Origin: an uncultured Chloroflexia bacterium
GTDB lineage: Bacteria; Chloroflexota; Dehalococcoidia; Dehalococcoidales; Fen-1064
Direction of reading: 5' to 3'
DNA length: 64,000 bases
Assembly: GCA_963772985.1 (NCBI GenBank)
Contig: CAVYZP010000040.1
Location: 1,410-65,409 of the forward strand
Shown here: piece by piece, positions 20,897 through 32,294 of the stretch
How the letters are laid out: each line of letters begins with the position of its first letter
Numbering within the stretch: the stretch's first letter is position 1
Program-made: the position numbers and the translations under genes
The notes under the pieces: model-generated
Databases searched by the model: none
What the model was told of the DNA's origin: nothing
Seen by the model: the letters and a program-made list of their open reading frames with translations, nothing else

Positions 20897-21083
20897 TGAA
20901 GTCAGGGCGATGAGCTCCGAAGAATTAACCAAGCAGCTTCAGACGGCTAACCGGGAACTTTTTGATTTGCGTCTTAAAGCAACGACCAAACAACTGGTGA
21001 ACCATCGGGAAATTCCCCGGGCCAGAAGAAAGATTGCGGTAATACAAACAGTTATCAGAGAAAGGGAACTGGCAGGAAAATAA
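20886..21083 (+). CDS. rpmC: 50S ribosomal protein L29
   Basis: 65-aa uL29 (…[14 protein letters not shown]…). TTG start overlaps the rplP end. Confidence 0.9.
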   Translation: MKVSEVRAMSSEELTKQLQTANRELFDLRLKATTKQLVNHREIPRARRKIAVIQTVIRERELAGK

Positions 21084-21139
21084 AACCTGTCCAAGTATGA
21101 AAATCTGTCAGCAAATGGCAGAAGAAAAGGGTATAGTCT

Positions 21140-21520
21140 ATGACAATAATTCTGAAAAGTAAAGTAGGGCAGGTTTCGAGCAACAAGATGGATAAAACCC
21201 TCGTTGTGCTGGTTGAATCCCACCGGAACCACCCTTTATACAAAAAGACCATTAAAAAGGTGAAGCGGTATAAAGTTCATGATGAAAAGAATGAATGTCA
21301 GATCGGCGATACCGTAAAAATTGTCGAAACCCGCCCCTTATCCAAAGAGAAAAGATGGCGTGTTGAAGAAATTATCATCAAAGCCGCGGCGATCGAAGTT
21401 AAACCGGAAGAGATTGCCACCCCGGCGGTATTAACCGAAGCAAAGAAGACAGCAGTTGAAGTTGTTGATGAAGCAGCCACGGCTGTTACCGAAACCAAAC
21501 CGGAAGAACAGAAAGAATAA
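21140..21520 (+). CDS. rpsQ: 30S ribosomal protein S17 with acidic C-terminal extension
   Basis: uS17 core ([15 protein letters not shown]...RWRVEEII) plus an Ala/Glu/Thr/Lys-rich tail of about 45 aa. Confidence 0.92.
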   Translation: MTIILKSKVGQVSSNKMDKTLVVLVESHRNHPLYKKTIKKVKRYKVHDEKNECQIGDTVKIVETRPLSKEKRWRVEEIIIKAAAIEVKPEEIATPAVLTEAKKTAVEVVDEAATAVTETKPEEQKE

Positions 21521-21538
21521 ATCTTGGGGTAAGATGAA

Positions 21539-21907
21539 GTGATAGAGATATATACCAGATTAAAGGTGGCGGACAATACCGGTGCACGGCAGGTAATGTG
21601 CGTTAACGTCCTCGGCGGCAGCGGCCGCAAGTACGCTCATGTCGGCGATGTTATTGTCGGCAGCGTGAAAAAAGCAGTTCCCGGCGGTTCGGTAAAAGCC
21701 GGAGACGTCGTCCGGGCGGTAGTAATCCGGACCACCAGACCGCAGCGTCGCGCCGACGGCACCTATATCAGTTTTGACGATAATGCCGCCGTCATCCTCA
21801 CTGAAAAGAATAACCCCAAAGGAACTCGTATTTTTGGCCCGGTTGCCAGGGAATTAAGGGAAAAGTTGTTTACCAAGATTCTCTCTCTGGCGCCCGAGGT
21901 ATTATAA
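21539..21907 (+). CDS. rplN: 50S ribosomal protein L14
   Basis: GTG start. [17 protein letters not shown]... matches uL14. Confidence 0.95.
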   Translation: MIEIYTRLKVADNTGARQVMCVNVLGGSGRKYAHVGDVIVGSVKKAVPGGSVKAGDVVRAVVIRTTRPQRRADGTYISFDDNAAVILTEKNNPKGTRIFGPVARELREKLFTKILSLAPEVL

Positions 21908-21918
21908 GGAGACAGGCG

Positions 21919-22230
21919 ATGAAAATAAAAAAGGATGATAACGTCCTGGTTATCGCCGGCAAAGATAAAGGCAAAAAGGGCAAAGTACGCTTTGTATTTC
22001 CTAAAGACCATCAGGCTCTTATTGAAGGCGTCAATATTATCAAGACGCACAGCAAAGCGAAAGCTCAGGTTAAACAGGCAGGAATTATTGAGCGGGAAGC
22101 GCCGATTGATTTATCGGATTTAATGCTGCTCTGCAATCGTTGTAACCATCCGGTTCGTGTTGGTTACAAAACCCTGGACGACGGTAAAAAAGCAAGAATT
22201 TGTCGTGCTTGTGGTGAGGTAATCGAATAA
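21919..22230 (+). CDS. rplX: 50S ribosomal protein L24
   Basis: uL24 KOW motif ([18 protein letters not shown]). Confidence 0.93.
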   Translation: MKIKKDDNVLVIAGKDKGKKGKVRFVFPKDHQALIEGVNIIKTHSKAKAQVKQAGIIEREAPIDLSDLMLLCNRCNHPVRVGYKTLDDGKKARICRACGEVIE

Positions 22231-22772
22231 TGGCTGGTCTGAAAGAAAAGTATAAAAAAGAAGTAATGCCCAAACTGATAGAAGTAAAAGGCTATCAGAA
22301 TGTGATGGAAGTGCCGAAGGTCGTCAAGATCGTGGTAGGAATTGGTTTAGGCGAAGCAGTCGTCAACGCTAAGGCCCTGGAAGGGGCGGAAAAAGATTTG
22401 CCGATTATTACCGGGCAAAAACCGATCGTGACCCGTTCCAAAAAATCCATCGCTAACTTTAAGTTACGCGAAGGTATGCCCATCGGTTTGAAAGTCACAT
22501 TGCGCCAGGAAAGGATGTGGGACTTCCTCGACCGGCTGGTGAACGTCGTTTTACCGCGGGGACGTGAGTTTCAGGGTGTGCCCCGCAACGCTTTTGACGG
22601 CCGCGGCAATTATACCCTCGGCATGAAAGAGCAAACGATTTTCCCTGAAATAGAATTTGACAAAGTGGATAAAGTTCGCGGACTGGAGATAACAATCGTA
22701 ACTACCGCCAGGACCGATGAAGAAGGTCGATTATTATTGGAATTGCTGGGCATGCCGTTCAGTAAGGAATAA
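22230..22772 (+). CDS. rplE: 50S ribosomal protein L5
   Basis: uL5 translation and spc-operon order. Confidence 0.95.
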   Translation: MAGLKEKYKKEVMPKLIEVKGYQNVMEVPKVVKIVVGIGLGEAVVNAKALEGAEKDLPIITGQKPIVTRSKKSIANFKLREGMPIGLKVTLRQERMWDFLDRLVNVVLPRGREFQGVPRNAFDGRGNYTLGMKEQTIFPEIEFDKVDKVRGLEITIVTTARTDEEGRLLLELLGMPFSKE

Positions 22773-22782
22773 TGGAGTTTAA

Positions 22783-22968
22783 ATGGCTAAAAAGTCGGAA
22801 GTTGCTAAATGGAGACGGACTCCTAAATTTGAAGTGCAGCAGCATAATCGATGCCAGGTATGCGGTCGTTCGCGTTCCTATATGCGTCGGTTCGGGCTGT
22901 GCAGAATATGTTTCCGGGAACTTGCTTTAGCCGGCAAGATTCCGGGCGTGAGAAAGTCAAGCTGGTAA
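22783..22968 (+). CDS. rpsN: 30S ribosomal protein S14, zinc-binding type Z
   Basis: 61 aa with CQVCGR...CRICFR (CxxC...CxxC). Confidence 0.93.
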   Translation: MAKKSEVAKWRRTPKFEVQQHNRCQVCGRSRSYMRRFGLCRICFRELALAGKIPGVRKSSW

Positions 22969-22993
22969 GGTTATTAACCAAAGGGGGGCAAGG

Positions 22994-23392
22994 GTGACTA
23001 TTTCTGACCCAATTGCAGATATGCTGACCCGGATACGCAATGCCACCATGGCAAGGCATGATGCGGTGCTGGTATCATCATCTAGATTAAAACTGGCGAT
23101 TGCCAAGATTCTGAAGGAAGAAGGCTTCATTAAAGATTTTGAAGTCGTCCGTGAAGAATCGCACAAGAGTATCAAACTCTATATCAAGTATCAGGATAGA
23201 AATCAGCCGGTACTTACCGGATTAGAAAGGGTAAGTAAACCCGGTTTGAGAATCTATGTTGAGAAAAAAGAAATTCCCCGTGTATACGGCGGTATGGGAA
23301 TCGCTATTCTCTCCACGCCGAAAGGAGTGATGACAGGGCGGCAAGCCTGGCACCAGGGAATCGGGGGAGAACTCTTATGTTATGTGTGGTAA
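22994..23392 (+). CDS. rpsH: 30S ribosomal protein S8
   Basis: GTG start. [15 protein letters not shown]... matches uS8. Confidence 0.95.
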   Translation: MTISDPIADMLTRIRNATMARHDAVLVSSSRLKLAIAKILKEEGFIKDFEVVREESHKSIKLYIKYQDRNQPVLTGLERVSKPGLRIYVEKKEIPRVYGGMGIAILSTPKGVMTGRQAWHQGIGGELLCYVW

Positions 23393-23413
23393 GCGAAGAC
23401 AGGAGCAAATTGT

Positions 23414-23962
23414 ATGTCTAGAGTAGGACGTTTGCCGATACCGCTGCCCAAAGATGTAGTGGTAAAGGTTGAAAATGGCGAAATTAGCGTGAAAGGCCCC
23501 AAAGGGGAACTTCACCGGGCTTTAGGTTCTGATATTTCTATCAGCATGGAGAAAAATACGTTGGTTGTTGCCCGTGCTAACGATGAAAGAGATGTTCGTG
23601 CCCGTCACGGCCTGATGCGCGCATTAATTGCCAATATGGTCACCGGCGTGACCAAAGGCTATGAAAAAGGTATCGATATTGTCGGGGTGGGCTACAAAGT
23701 CCAGAAAACCGGCGATAAGGCAGTATTCAATGTCGGTTATTCGCATCCGGTAGAAGTTTCTCCTGATGTGGGCATTGCTTTCGCGGTTGAAGGCACCACC
23801 AAGTTGAAAATATCCGGAATCGACAAAGAAGCTGTCGGTTTAATGGCAGCGAAAATTAAGGCAATTAAACCCCACGACGCCTACAAAGGCAAGGGCTTGA
23901 GATATACCGGCGAAAAGATTAAACTCAAAGCCGGTAAAGCGGGTAAGGCAGTCGGGAAGTAG
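23414..23962 (+). CDS. rplF: 50S ribosomal protein L6
   Basis: MSRVGRLPIPLPKDV... matches uL6. Confidence 0.95.
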   Translation: MSRVGRLPIPLPKDVVVKVENGEISVKGPKGELHRALGSDISISMEKNTLVVARANDERDVRARHGLMRALIANMVTGVTKGYEKGIDIVGVGYKVQKTGDKAVFNVGYSHPVEVSPDVGIAFAVEGTTKLKISGIDKEAVGLMAAKIKAIKPHDAYKGKGLRYTGEKIKLKAGKAGKAVGK

Positions 23963-23975
23963 AGGTAAAGAATAA

Positions 23976-24341
23976 ATGGCAAAATTTAACCGTAAGGTAG
24001 CTCGCGACAGACGGCACACCCGCATCCGCAGAAGGGTTGCAGGGACTGAATCCAGACCCCGTCTGAGTGTTTTTCGCAGCCTGACCAATGTTTATGCTCA
24101 GATAATTGACGATACCAAAGGAATCACGCTGGTATCCGCTTCATCGCTGGATGAAGAGATTAAGAAAGCGGCCGACGGCAAGAAAAAGGTTGATGTTTCC
24201 AAAATGGTGGGCGCCCTGGTTGCCAAACGGGCGAAAGAAAAGGGTGTCACCATGGTTGCTTTCGACCGCGGCGGATTTAAATATCACGGTAGAGTAAAAG
24301 CTCTGGCTGAAGCGGTGCGCGAACAGGGCTTGAAGTTCTAA
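23976..24341 (+). CDS. rplR: 50S ribosomal protein L18
   Basis: uL18 (…[20 protein letters not shown]…). Confidence 0.95.
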   Translation: MAKFNRKVARDRRHTRIRRRVAGTESRPRLSVFRSLTNVYAQIIDDTKGITLVSASSLDEEIKKAADGKKKVDVSKMVGALVAKRAKEKGVTMVAFDRGGFKYHGRVKALAEAVREQGLKF

Positions 24342-24363
24342 AAGAAAATAAGGAAAGATAAGT

Positions 24364-24894
24364 ATGGCTTTGATCAATAAGATAGACCCGGCGGAACTGG
24401 CACTGACAGACAAGTTGATTTATGTGAATCGCGTTGCCAAAGTGGTAAAAGGCGGCAAGCGGTTAAGTTTCAGCGCACTGGTGGTTACCGGTGATGGCGT
24501 CGGTCATGTCGGAGTCGGCCTGGGCAAAGCAAACGAGGTACCTGTCGCCATAAACAAAGCGAATGCAGACGCCCGTAAGAATTTAATTTCGATTAAGATG
24601 GAAGGTTCGACCATTCCCCATGAAATCGAATTAAAAATGGGTTCCGCGAAAATCCTGTTAAAACCAGCCGCGCCCGGTACCGGAATTATTGCCGGCGGCA
24701 GCATGCGGTCGGTGCTTGAATTATCCGGTATTAAAGACATACTGACCAAATCGTTAGGCACATCCAACAAAACAAATGTGGCCAGAGCAACAGTAATGGC
24801 GCTGAGCCAATTGAAAAAGCCGGCGGAAGAAATTGCCCGGAGAAAACCGGCGGAGCAGTCAACCGGGGAGGTGGTCGCCAGTGGCAAAAATTAG
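24364..24894 (+). CDS. rpsE: 30S ribosomal protein S5
   Basis: uS5 (…[16 protein letters not shown]…). Confidence 0.95.
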   Translation: MALINKIDPAELALTDKLIYVNRVAKVVKGGKRLSFSALVVTGDGVGHVGVGLGKANEVPVAINKANADARKNLISIKMEGSTIPHEIELKMGSAKILLKPAAPGTGIIAGGSMRSVLELSGIKDILTKSLGTSNKTNVARATVMALSQLKKPAEEIARRKPAEQSTGEVVASGKN

Positions 24895-25063
24895 CATTAC
24901 TTTGGTGAAAAGCGGCATCGGTTATGAAGAAGACCAGAAACGAACCCTGAAAGCGCTGGGTTTTCATCGCCTGAACGAAAGCGTGGTGCATGAAGATTCC
25001 CGTGCCATCAGAGGCATGATTAATAAAGTAAGACATTTAGTTAAAGTGGAGGAAGCAAGTTGA
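24881..25063 (+). CDS. rpmD: 50S ribosomal protein L30
   Basis: GTG 24881 gives [14 protein letters not shown]...TLKALGF, matching uL30. The track ORF from 24833 is over-extended. Confidence 0.9.
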   Translation: MAKISITLVKSGIGYEEDQKRTLKALGFHRLNESVVHEDSRAIRGMINKVRHLVKVEEAS

Positions 25064-25527
25064 TAAGACTGGATACACTTTCTCCTGCACCCGGCTCCCG
25101 CAAGGGCAAGAAAAGAGTCGGGCGTGGTGACGGAAGCCGAAAAGGAAGTTTTTCCGGACGTGGCTGCAAAGGACAAAAGGGCCGCGCCGGATTCAGGATG
25201 AAACCGGGTTTTGAAGGCGGACAATTACCGATTATAAAACGGCTGCCGAGCCAGCGCGGTTTCACCAACATTTTTAAGACCGGTTATGACGTGGTCAATG
25301 TCGGGCAGTTAAACGCTTTCGAAGCCGGAACTGTCGTGGATATTATTTCGTTATTGGAACTCGGCCTGGTGAAAACCGGCCAGAATCCGGTGAAAATACT
25401 TGGAGATGGTGAAATCGACCGTCCGTTAACCGTCAAAGCTGATAAATTTACAGCTGCTGCTAAAGCTAAAATCGAAGCAGCCGGTGGTACAGTCGAGGAG
25501 TATAGTGATGAAGCCTCGGCAGACTAG
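25060..25527 (+). CDS. rplO: 50S ribosomal protein L15
   Basis: uL15 (…[17 protein letters not shown]…). TTG start. Confidence 0.93.
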   Translation: MIRLDTLSPAPGSRKGKKRVGRGDGSRKGSFSGRGCKGQKGRAGFRMKPGFEGGQLPIIKRLPSQRGFTNIFKTGYDVVNVGQLNAFEAGTVVDIISLLELGLVKTGQNPVKILGDGEIDRPLTVKADKFTAAAKAKIEAAGGTVEEYSDEASAD

Positions 25528-26827
25528 GCCAAAGCTCGTTCAGGCAATATTGGATGCTTTCCGCCTGCCGGATTTGCGGCGACGGATTTTACTCACTTTT
25601 GCCATGCTGGTAGCATTCCGTTTCATGGCTCATGTGCCACTACCCGGTGTTGACACTGCCGCACTAAAACAGATGTTCAGCAGTAACGCCTTGCTGGGGA
25701 TGCTGGATATGTTCAGCGGCGGTGCGTTAAAAAGCTTTAGTATTCTGGCCATGGGTGTTTATCCCTACATTACCTCAACGATTATCATTCAGCTGATGCA
25801 GCCGGTAATCCCGGCGTTGCAGCGGATGTCTACTGAGGGCGAAGCCGGCCAGAATAAAATTAATCGCATCAGTCACCTTTTGACTATTCCGCTGGCGGCC
25901 CTTTCGGGCTGGGGCGAAATTGTCCTGATGCAGCATAACGGCGTTATCGCTGCCACGGATGCGCTGTCCATGGTTACTATGATTATGTGTTTAATCGCAG
26001 GAACAATTTTCCTGGTCTGGTTAGGTGAACAGATTACAGAGTACGGCATCGGTAACGGTATCTCGATTATTATTTTTGCCGGTATCGTCTGCACATATCC
26101 GACAATGGTTGGCGACCTGGGGTTAGCCTGGGATACTAACAAATTTGGGGTTATCCTCTTCGCGTTAATATTACTGGCGAGCCTGGTGTTTATCGTTCTT
26201 TTCAACGAGGCCCACCGGCGTATCCCTGTGCAATATGCCAAGACTTCTTTCCACAGCGGCAGAATGTACCGTCAGACCGGAGGCACCCATATCCCGCTGA
26301 AAGTTAATGCGGCCGGCATGATCCCGTTAATCTTCTCCATGTCGCTGGTGGTTTTCCCCGGTATGATTGCGCAATTTTTCATGACGACTGCGCCGGCGCC
26401 GCCGAATATCGCCAATGCAATTTATAACATCTTCAGCCCGAATACATCTTTGCCTTTAGGAGTTGTTTACTGGCTGTTGTATTTCCTGCTGACCATCCTT
26501 GCTTCTTTCTTCTATACGATGGTTATTTTCCAGCAGCAGGATTTACCCGGTACCTTGCAGAAGCAGGGCGGGTTTATCCCAGGAATCAGACCGGGCAAGA
26601 ATACGGAGTCTTACCTGAACAATGTTATCAACCGGATTACCCTGGCCGGTTCGCTATTTCTGGGAATTGTCGCCATCATCCCGTTTGTGGTGAAATTTAC
26701 CACTAATGTTCAGACGGTACAGTTATCCAGCGTCGGATTAATCATTGTTGTCGGCGTGGTAATTGATACGATGAACCAGATGGAAGCGCAGTTAACAATG
26801 CGGCGCTATGAAGGGTTTATCAAGTAG
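25508..26827 (+). CDS. secY: preprotein translocase subunit SecY
   Basis: ATG 25508 ([27 protein letters not shown]...). Ten-TM SecY pattern after rplO. Confidence 0.93.
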   Translation: MKPRQTRPKLVQAILDAFRLPDLRRRILLTFAMLVAFRFMAHVPLPGVDTAALKQMFSSNALLGMLDMFSGGALKSFSILAMGVYPYITSTIIIQLMQPVIPALQRMSTEGEAGQNKINRISHLLTIPLAALSGWGEIVLMQHNGVIAATDALSMVTMIMCLIAGTIFLVWLGEQITEYGIGNGISIIIFAGIVCTYPTMVGDLGLAWDTNKFGVILFALILLASLVFIVLFNEAHRRIPVQYAKTSFHSGRMYRQTGGTHIPLKVNAAGMIPLIFSMSLVVFPGMIAQFFMTTAPAPPNIANAIYNIFSPNTSLPLGVVYWLLYFLLTILASFFYTMVIFQQQDLPGTLQKQGGFIPGIRPGKNTESYLNNVINRITLAGSLFLGIVAIIPFVVKFTTNVQTVQLSSVGLIIVVGVVIDTMNQMEAQLTMRRYEGFIK

Positions 26828-26837
26828 GAGATTATAA

Positions 26838-27500
26838 GTGTACGTAGTATTTCTGGGAGCTCCCGGAGCAGGTAAAGGCACACAGGCGGCAGAAGTGGCG
26901 AAGGAACTAAAACTCGCGCACATTGCGACCGGTGATATGTTCCGCGATGCGCAGAAAAAAGGGACAAAACTGGCGCTGGAAGCCAAGACGTATATGGACA
27001 AAGGCATGCTGGTGCCGGATGAAATCACCATCAAGATGGTGCAGGAAAGGATTTCCGCGCCGGATTGTGTCAAAGGTGTGATTTTCGACGGTTTCCCGCG
27101 TAATTTAGCGCAGGCCCAGGCGCTGGATAAAGCGATGGCCGAACAGTCGAAAGCCATTGATAAAGTGGTATACATCAAAGTCTCGGAAGAAGAATTGTTA
27201 AAAAGACTCGGCGGGCGCTGGATTTGCCGGCAGTGCCAGACCCCGTATCATGAAGTCGCATCGCCTCCCAAAGTGAAAGGCAAATGCGATAAATGCGGCG
27301 GTGAGCTTTACCAGCGTTCCGATGATGTTCCGGCCACAATTAAAGAAAGATTGAAGGTGTTTTTTGCCCAAACCGCGCCTTTGATTGATTATTACACGCG
27401 CACCGGTAAACTTGCGGAAGTCAACGGTGAAGGCGGAATGGAAGAAATCAAACAGCGCATACTGAATGCCGTTGGGAAGAAAAGCCCGCGGCGAGATTGA
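26838..27500 (+). CDS. adk: adenylate kinase (zinc-lid type)
   Basis: GTG start. P-loop GAPGAGKGT and lid CRQC...CDKCG. Confidence 0.95.
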   Translation: MYVVFLGAPGAGKGTQAAEVAKELKLAHIATGDMFRDAQKKGTKLALEAKTYMDKGMLVPDEITIKMVQERISAPDCVKGVIFDGFPRNLAQAQALDKAMAEQSKAIDKVVYIKVSEEELLKRLGGRWICRQCQTPYHEVASPPKVKGKCDKCGGELYQRSDDVPATIKERLKVFFAQTAPLIDYYTRTGKLAEVNGEGGMEEIKQRILNAVGKKSPRRD

Positions 27501-28270
27501 AAATGGGCATTATAATAAAAACCGACGCGGAAATCGCGATAATGAGGGAGGCTGGCAGGATAACAGCAACAGTATTGGAAATACTGACATCGAGTGTCAA
27601 ACCCGGGATGCGGACCGATGAGCTGGATGCCATTGCTGAAAAAGAACCGAGGCGTTTCGGGGCGATTCCCTCATTTAAGGGTTACCGGGGTTATCCGGCA
27701 AGTTTATGTGTGTCGGTCAATGATGAAATAGTGCACGGAATACCAGACAAGAGAATCTTGCTGGAAGGTGATATAGTATCAATAGATTATGGTGTAATTT
27801 ATAAAGGATTTCAGGGCGATGCGGCAAGGACGGTTGCGGTGGGCAAAGTCAATGCCGAGGCTCAGAAATTAATGGAAGTAACGGAGGGGTCGTTAAAAGC
27901 CGGCATTAAAAAGGCTTACAAAGGCAACAGGTTAGGCGATGTTTCTGCCGCCATCGAAGAATACGCCGAATCACGCGGCTACACGGTAGTGCGTGAATAT
28001 ACCGGCCACGGCATCGGCAGAGATATGCATGAAGACCCCCAGATTCCGAATACAACCAAGTCCCTGTTGGGAATGATGAGGGGAACGGGGCCGGTATTAA
28101 AAAAGGGGATGACCCTGGCCATCGAACCGATGGTGAATATCGGCGGATGGGAAACAAAAGTAGGTAAAAACGGATGGACGGTGAGCACCAAAGACGGCAG
28201 TCTGTCCGCCCATTTTGAAGATACCATCGCTATCACGGATAGCGAACCAGAGGTACTGACCCGTGTTTAG
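27497..28270 (+). CDS. map: type I methionine aminopeptidase
   Basis: 257 aa with MetAP metal-ligand blocks (…DIVSIDYG…, …HGIGR…, …LAIEPM…). ATG 27503 is an alternative start. Confidence 0.93.
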   Translation: MKMGIIIKTDAEIAIMREAGRITATVLEILTSSVKPGMRTDELDAIAEKEPRRFGAIPSFKGYRGYPASLCVSVNDEIVHGIPDKRILLEGDIVSIDYGVIYKGFQGDAARTVAVGKVNAEAQKLMEVTEGSLKAGIKKAYKGNRLGDVSAAIEEYAESRGYTVVREYTGHGIGRDMHEDPQIPNTTKSLLGMMRGTGPVLKKGMTLAIEPMVNIGGWETKVGKNGWTVSTKDGSLSAHFEDTIAITDSEPEVLTRV

Positions 28271-28281
28271 TTAAGGAGATT

Positions 28282-28500
28282 ATGGCAAAGAAAGAGACTA
28301 TTGAAGTTGAAGGTGTGGTAGCAGAGTCTCTCCCGAATGCGATGTTCCGGGTGGAATTAGCAAACGGTCATAAAGTACTGGCGCATATCTCAGGGAAAAT
28401 GAGGGTGAATTATATTAGAATATTACCGGGTGATAGAGTATTAATCGAGTTGTCCCCGTACGATTTAACTCGGGGCAGAGTAACCTACCGGTTTAAGTAA
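28282..28500 (+). CDS. infA: translation initiation factor IF-1
   Basis: 72-aa S1-fold IF-1 (…[13 protein letters not shown]…). Confidence 0.95.
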   Translation: MAKKETIEVEGVVAESLPNAMFRVELANGHKVLAHISGKMRVNYIRILPGDRVLIELSPYDLTRGRVTYRFK

Positions 28501-28510
28501 AGAGGTAAAT

Positions 28511-28624
28511 ATGAAAGTCGGGTCTTCAGTCAAACCAAGATGTGACAAGTGCAAAGTAATCAGACGGCATGGTGTTGTCCGGGTTATTTGTACTAAAGCC
28601 AAGCACAAACAGAGACAGGGTTAG
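28511..28624 (+). CDS. rpmJ: 50S ribosomal protein L36
   Basis: Too short for the ORF track. Translation is [37 protein letters not shown], with stop TAG at 28622-28624. Confidence 0.93.
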   Translation: MKVGSSVKPRCDKCKVIRRHGVVRVICTKAKHKQRQG

Positions 28625-28636
28625 GGGAGGAAAAAA

Positions 28637-29026
28637 ATGCCGCGTATTGCAGGTGTAGATATTCCCAGAGGGAAACAGATACTGTATTCGTTACAGTACA
28701 TTCATGGCATCGGGCCGACCTTCAGCCAGAAGATTTTAGATCAGCTCGGCATCAGCCCTGAAGTGAAGGCAGATGAGCTTACGGAAGTCGAAGTCAATAA
28801 GATCCGTGAGTTAATCGATAAAGAGTATACAGTGGAGGGTGAACTTCGCAAAGAAGTAAACCTGAACATCAAACGCTTGATGGAGATCGGTTGTTACCGC
28901 GGCACCAGACACCGCCGCAATCTGCCGTCAAGGGGACAAAGGACGCGTACCAATGCACGCACCCAGCGCGGTGTAAAGAAGACGGTCGCCGGGAGAGGGA
29001 AGAAACGCGGCGCCACGAAGAAATAA
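28637..29026 (+). CDS. rpsM: 30S ribosomal protein S13
   Basis: [11 protein letters not shown]... matches uS13. Confidence 0.95.
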   Translation: MPRIAGVDIPRGKQILYSLQYIHGIGPTFSQKILDQLGISPEVKADELTEVEVNKIRELIDKEYTVEGELRKEVNLNIKRLMEIGCYRGTRHRRNLPSRGQRTRTNARTQRGVKKTVAGRGKKRGATKK

Positions 29027-29055
29027 ATCATAATTTCAACTAATGGGAGGAAATA

Positions 29056-29448
29056 ATGCCAGCAGGTAAAAAGGGAAAAACTAGAAAGAAAGAGCGAAAG
29101 GTAATACCCTCTGGACGTGCGTTTATCCAGTCCAGTTTTAATAATACGGTTGTGACGCTTACTGACCCGGAAGGAAACGTTCTCTCCTGGGGAAGTTCGG
29201 GCACGGCAGGATTTAAAGGGTCGAGAAAAGGCACTCCATACGCCGCGCAGTTGGCGGCTTCGGATGCCGTGAAAAAGGCGGCAAGTTACGGCTTGCGCCA
29301 GGTGGATGTGTTTGTGAAAGGTCCCGGCAGCGGACGCGAAGCAGCGATTCGGTCATTACAAGCATCCGGATTGGCGATTGCCAGCATCAAAGATATCACG
29401 CCTATCCCGCATAACGGCTGCCGTCCTCCCAAGCGAAGAAGGGTATAA
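29056..29448 (+). CDS. rpsK: 30S ribosomal protein S11
   Basis: uS11 (…[18 protein letters not shown]…). Confidence 0.95.
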   Translation: MPAGKKGKTRKKERKVIPSGRAFIQSSFNNTVVTLTDPEGNVLSWGSSGTAGFKGSRKGTPYAAQLAASDAVKKAASYGLRQVDVFVKGPGSGREAAIRSLQASGLAIASIKDITPIPHNGCRPPKRRRV

Positions 29449-29462
29449 GGATATAGAATAAT

Positions 29463-30092
29463 ATGGCTAGACATATAGAGGCAAACTGTCAATTATGTCG
29501 CCGCTGTGGTGACAAGTTAATGTTAAAAGGCACTCGCTGCATGACGCCCAAGTGCGTTATGGAACGGCGGCATAAAACCGCTGTTGTCGGCAGCCGGGGG
29601 CGCCGCCGCCGTGTTTCAGAGCGCGGCACGCAGTTGATTGAAAAACAGAAAGCACGTTATATCTACGGGTTATACGAACGGCAGTTCCGCCGTTTCTACG
29701 GAATCTCTGCCAAACAACCCGGTATCACCGGTGATAACCTCAAGGTTTTGCTGGAGAGAAGACTGGATAACGTCATTTATCGGCTTGGTTTAGCCGATTC
29801 CCGCCCGCTGGCTCGCCAGCTGGTACTGCACGGCCACGTGACGGTAAACGGCCACCGGGTAAACGTTCCTTCCGCCCTGGTTAATGAAGGAGATGCCATC
29901 GGTATCCGCGAAGCAAGCCTGAAAAAAGCCTATTTCAAGAAAGTCCTTGAAGAAATTAAAGCGAAGACTGTGCCCATCTGGCTGACACTGGACAGAGCTA
30001 CCCTTGCCGGAACAGTGGTAACGCTGCCCGTCGTTGATGAAACGGTTGCCCAGTTTAATGGTAAAAGCATTGTTGAATACTATTCACGTTAA
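29463..30092 (+). CDS. rpsD: 30S ribosomal protein S4
   Basis: uS4 with an N-terminal Cys cluster (CQLCRRCG...CMTPKC) and an S4 RNA-binding domain. Confidence 0.95.
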   Translation: MARHIEANCQLCRRCGDKLMLKGTRCMTPKCVMERRHKTAVVGSRGRRRRVSERGTQLIEKQKARYIYGLYERQFRRFYGISAKQPGITGDNLKVLLERRLDNVIYRLGLADSRPLARQLVLHGHVTVNGHRVNVPSALVNEGDAIGIREASLKKAYFKKVLEEIKAKTVPIWLTLDRATLAGTVVTLPVVDETVAQFNGKSIVEYYSR

Positions 30093-30104
30093 GGAGGTAC
30101 GGAT

Positions 30105-31094
30105 TTGACTTTGTCAGTAGTACCTAAGATTCAAGTCGTAGAAACTAGAGAGAACTTTGCCCGGTTTGCCATCGAACCATTAGAGAAGGGTTTCGGTCTC
30201 ACCCTGGGGAATGCTTTGCGGCGGATTATGCTCGGGCATTTACCGGGTGCGGCGATTACCCATGTCAAAATCGACGGCGTACAGCATGAATTCTCATCTA
30301 TCCCGGGTGTCAAGGAAGATGTAATCGAGTTCCTGCTGAATGTTAAAGCCATCAGGCTAAAATCCATTACGCACCAACCGGGTAAACTGATTCTGGATGT
30401 CAATAACGAAGGGAAAGTGACCGCGGCGGATATCAAACCGTCCGCCGATTTCGAAATTACCAATCCCGAAACATACCTGGCGACACTGAATTCTTCCGAT
30501 GCCAAACTCTATATCGAGTTTGATGTGGAGCTCGGAAACGGTTTTAAACAAGCCGAAGCGGTGGATAATTTACCGGTGGGTACTATCCCGGTTGATGCCA
30601 TCTTTACGCCGACCCGGAAAGTGAATTACCTCATCGAGCCGGTGCACGTCGGCCGGGAAGTTACGCTGGAAAGATTATATCTGGAAGTCTGGACGGATGG
30701 CACGATCGAAGCTGCTGATGCTTTGAGCCAAAGCGCCCGGATGTTAGAAGAATTGCTGGCGCCGTTCGCTACCTTCGGAAAAGTGGTGGAGGATGTTCCG
30801 GAAAAGGTTGTTTCAGAATCATCTATCCCGCAAGAGTTATTCAATATGCCGGTAGAACAGTTGAACCTTTCCGTTCGCACCATGAACTGCCTGCGGCGTG
30901 GTAACATCCAGACCGTCGGTGAAGTTGTTAATAAAGGCGAAAAAGGATTGATGACCCTGCGTAATTTCGGCGTCAAGTCACTCCAGGAATTAGCGGACCG
31001 CCTAGGCGAACTGGGCTTAACTTTAATACAGTCCGGGGAAAGTTTGACTGATTCCTCGGAGGAAGAACCCGAATCTGATTCGGACAGCAATTAA
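30105..31094 (+). CDS. rpoA: DNA-directed RNA polymerase subunit alpha
   Basis: 329 aa. NTD has FAIEPLEKGFGLTLGNALRR; CTD has LNLSVRTMNCL. Acidic Ser/Glu/Asp tail. Confidence 0.95.
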   Translation: MTLSVVPKIQVVETRENFARFAIEPLEKGFGLTLGNALRRIMLGHLPGAAITHVKIDGVQHEFSSIPGVKEDVIEFLLNVKAIRLKSITHQPGKLILDVNNEGKVTAADIKPSADFEITNPETYLATLNSSDAKLYIEFDVELGNGFKQAEAVDNLPVGTIPVDAIFTPTRKVNYLIEPVHVGREVTLERLYLEVWTDGTIEAADALSQSARMLEELLAPFATFGKVVEDVPEKVVSESSIPQELFNMPVEQLNLSVRTMNCLRRGNIQTVGEVVNKGEKGLMTLRNFGVKSLQELADRLGELGLTLIQSGESLTDSSEEEPESDSDSN

Positions 31095-31119
31095 TATTAC
31101 ATGGATATAGGTGAATGTT

Positions 31120-31479
31120 ATGGCACGTAAATTAATTATGCACAGCAGGCGGCTTACCCGGTCATCGGGAGCGCGAAAAGCTTTATACCGGAATCTGGTA
31201 ACAGACCTGTTGGGTTATGAAAAAATAACCACCACCGAAGCGAAAGCAAGAGCCGTACGCGGAGTGGCCGAAAAGATGATAACCCTTGGTAAGCAGGGCG
31301 ACCTTCATGCCCGGCGGCAGGCGCTGTCATTTATTTACGGCAAGAAAACTACCGATAAAGTTTTTGATGAGCTCGCCAAACGGTATGCCGAGCGTAAAGG
31401 CGGATATACCCGTATCGTAAAACTGGGCGCCAGACTCGGTGACGGCGCACCGATTGTACAACTTGAGCTGGTGAAATAA
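31120..31479 (+). CDS. rplQ: 50S ribosomal protein L17
   Basis: bL17 (…[13 protein letters not shown]…[10 protein letters not shown]…). ATG 31120 is preferred; GTG 31111 in the track is possible. Confidence 0.92.
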   Translation: MARKLIMHSRRLTRSSGARKALYRNLVTDLLGYEKITTTEAKARAVRGVAEKMITLGKQGDLHARRQALSFIYGKKTTDKVFDELAKRYAERKGGYTRIVKLGARLGDGAPIVQLELVK

Positions 31480-32294
31480 TGACGCTGACAATGACTGCTC
31501 ATGAAATTGAGCAGACCCGGAAACTGACCACCAGGATGGCATTGGTGCTGGAATATGACGGCACTGATTACGCCGGTTTTCAATGGCAGGCAAACGTTCC
31601 CAGCATTCAGAGTGAACTGGAGAATGCGGTGGAGAAGCTGACCGGCGAGAAAGTCAGGGTACTGGGTTCCAGCCGGACGGATACCGGGGTTCACGCCCGC
31701 GGGCAGGTGGTCAGTTTTGACACGACTTCGGCGCTGACCGCAGACACATTTGTCTCCGGATTGAATTTCCATCTGCCGGAAGATATCGCCGTAAAATCGG
31801 CCTGTCCGGTTGGCGATTCTTTCCTCGTCCGCAGTATGGCCGTCAGCCGGGAATATAGTTACACGATTTTAAATTGCCGCACCCGTTCCCCGATAACCTC
31901 CAGGTTTGCCCACCGGGTGAGCGGCGAACTGAATGTTGAGAAAATGAATTGGGCGTGCCAATCGTTGGTCGGCTCACATGATTTCGTATCTTTCGCCAGC
32001 GATATCAGTGATGAACCGGAAATGAGCACTACCCGCCAGGTTTATCAGGCAACAGTACAACGCAATGGAGACATGGTTGTCTTTAGGATAATGGCTAATG
32101 CTTTTATACGACATCAAATACGGAGCACTGCAGGCGCTTTAGTGCAGGTGGGTTCAGGCAAGCTGAGCGAGGCTGAATTTGTCAATATCCTCGAAGCTAA
32201 AAAAGTCGGCCTGGCCGGCCCGACACTGCCGCCTTGCGGCCTGTGTTTGGAGAGGGTAAATTACCCCTGTTCGTTTGAGGAAATGAGAAGATGA
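31479..32294 (+). CDS. truA: tRNA pseudouridine(38-40) synthase
   Basis: …YDGTDYAGFQWQ…SSRTDTGVHA… catalytic-Asp motif. ATG 31536 is an alternative start. Confidence 0.9.
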   Translation: MTLTMTAHEIEQTRKLTTRMALVLEYDGTDYAGFQWQANVPSIQSELENAVEKLTGEKVRVLGSSRTDTGVHARGQVVSFDTTSALTADTFVSGLNFHLPEDIAVKSACPVGDSFLVRSMAVSREYSYTILNCRTRSPITSRFAHRVSGELNVEKMNWACQSLVGSHDFVSFASDISDEPEMSTTRQVYQATVQRNGDMVVFRIMANAFIRHQIRSTAGALVQVGSGKLSEAEFVNILEAKKVGLAGPTLPPCGLCLERVNYPCSFEEMRR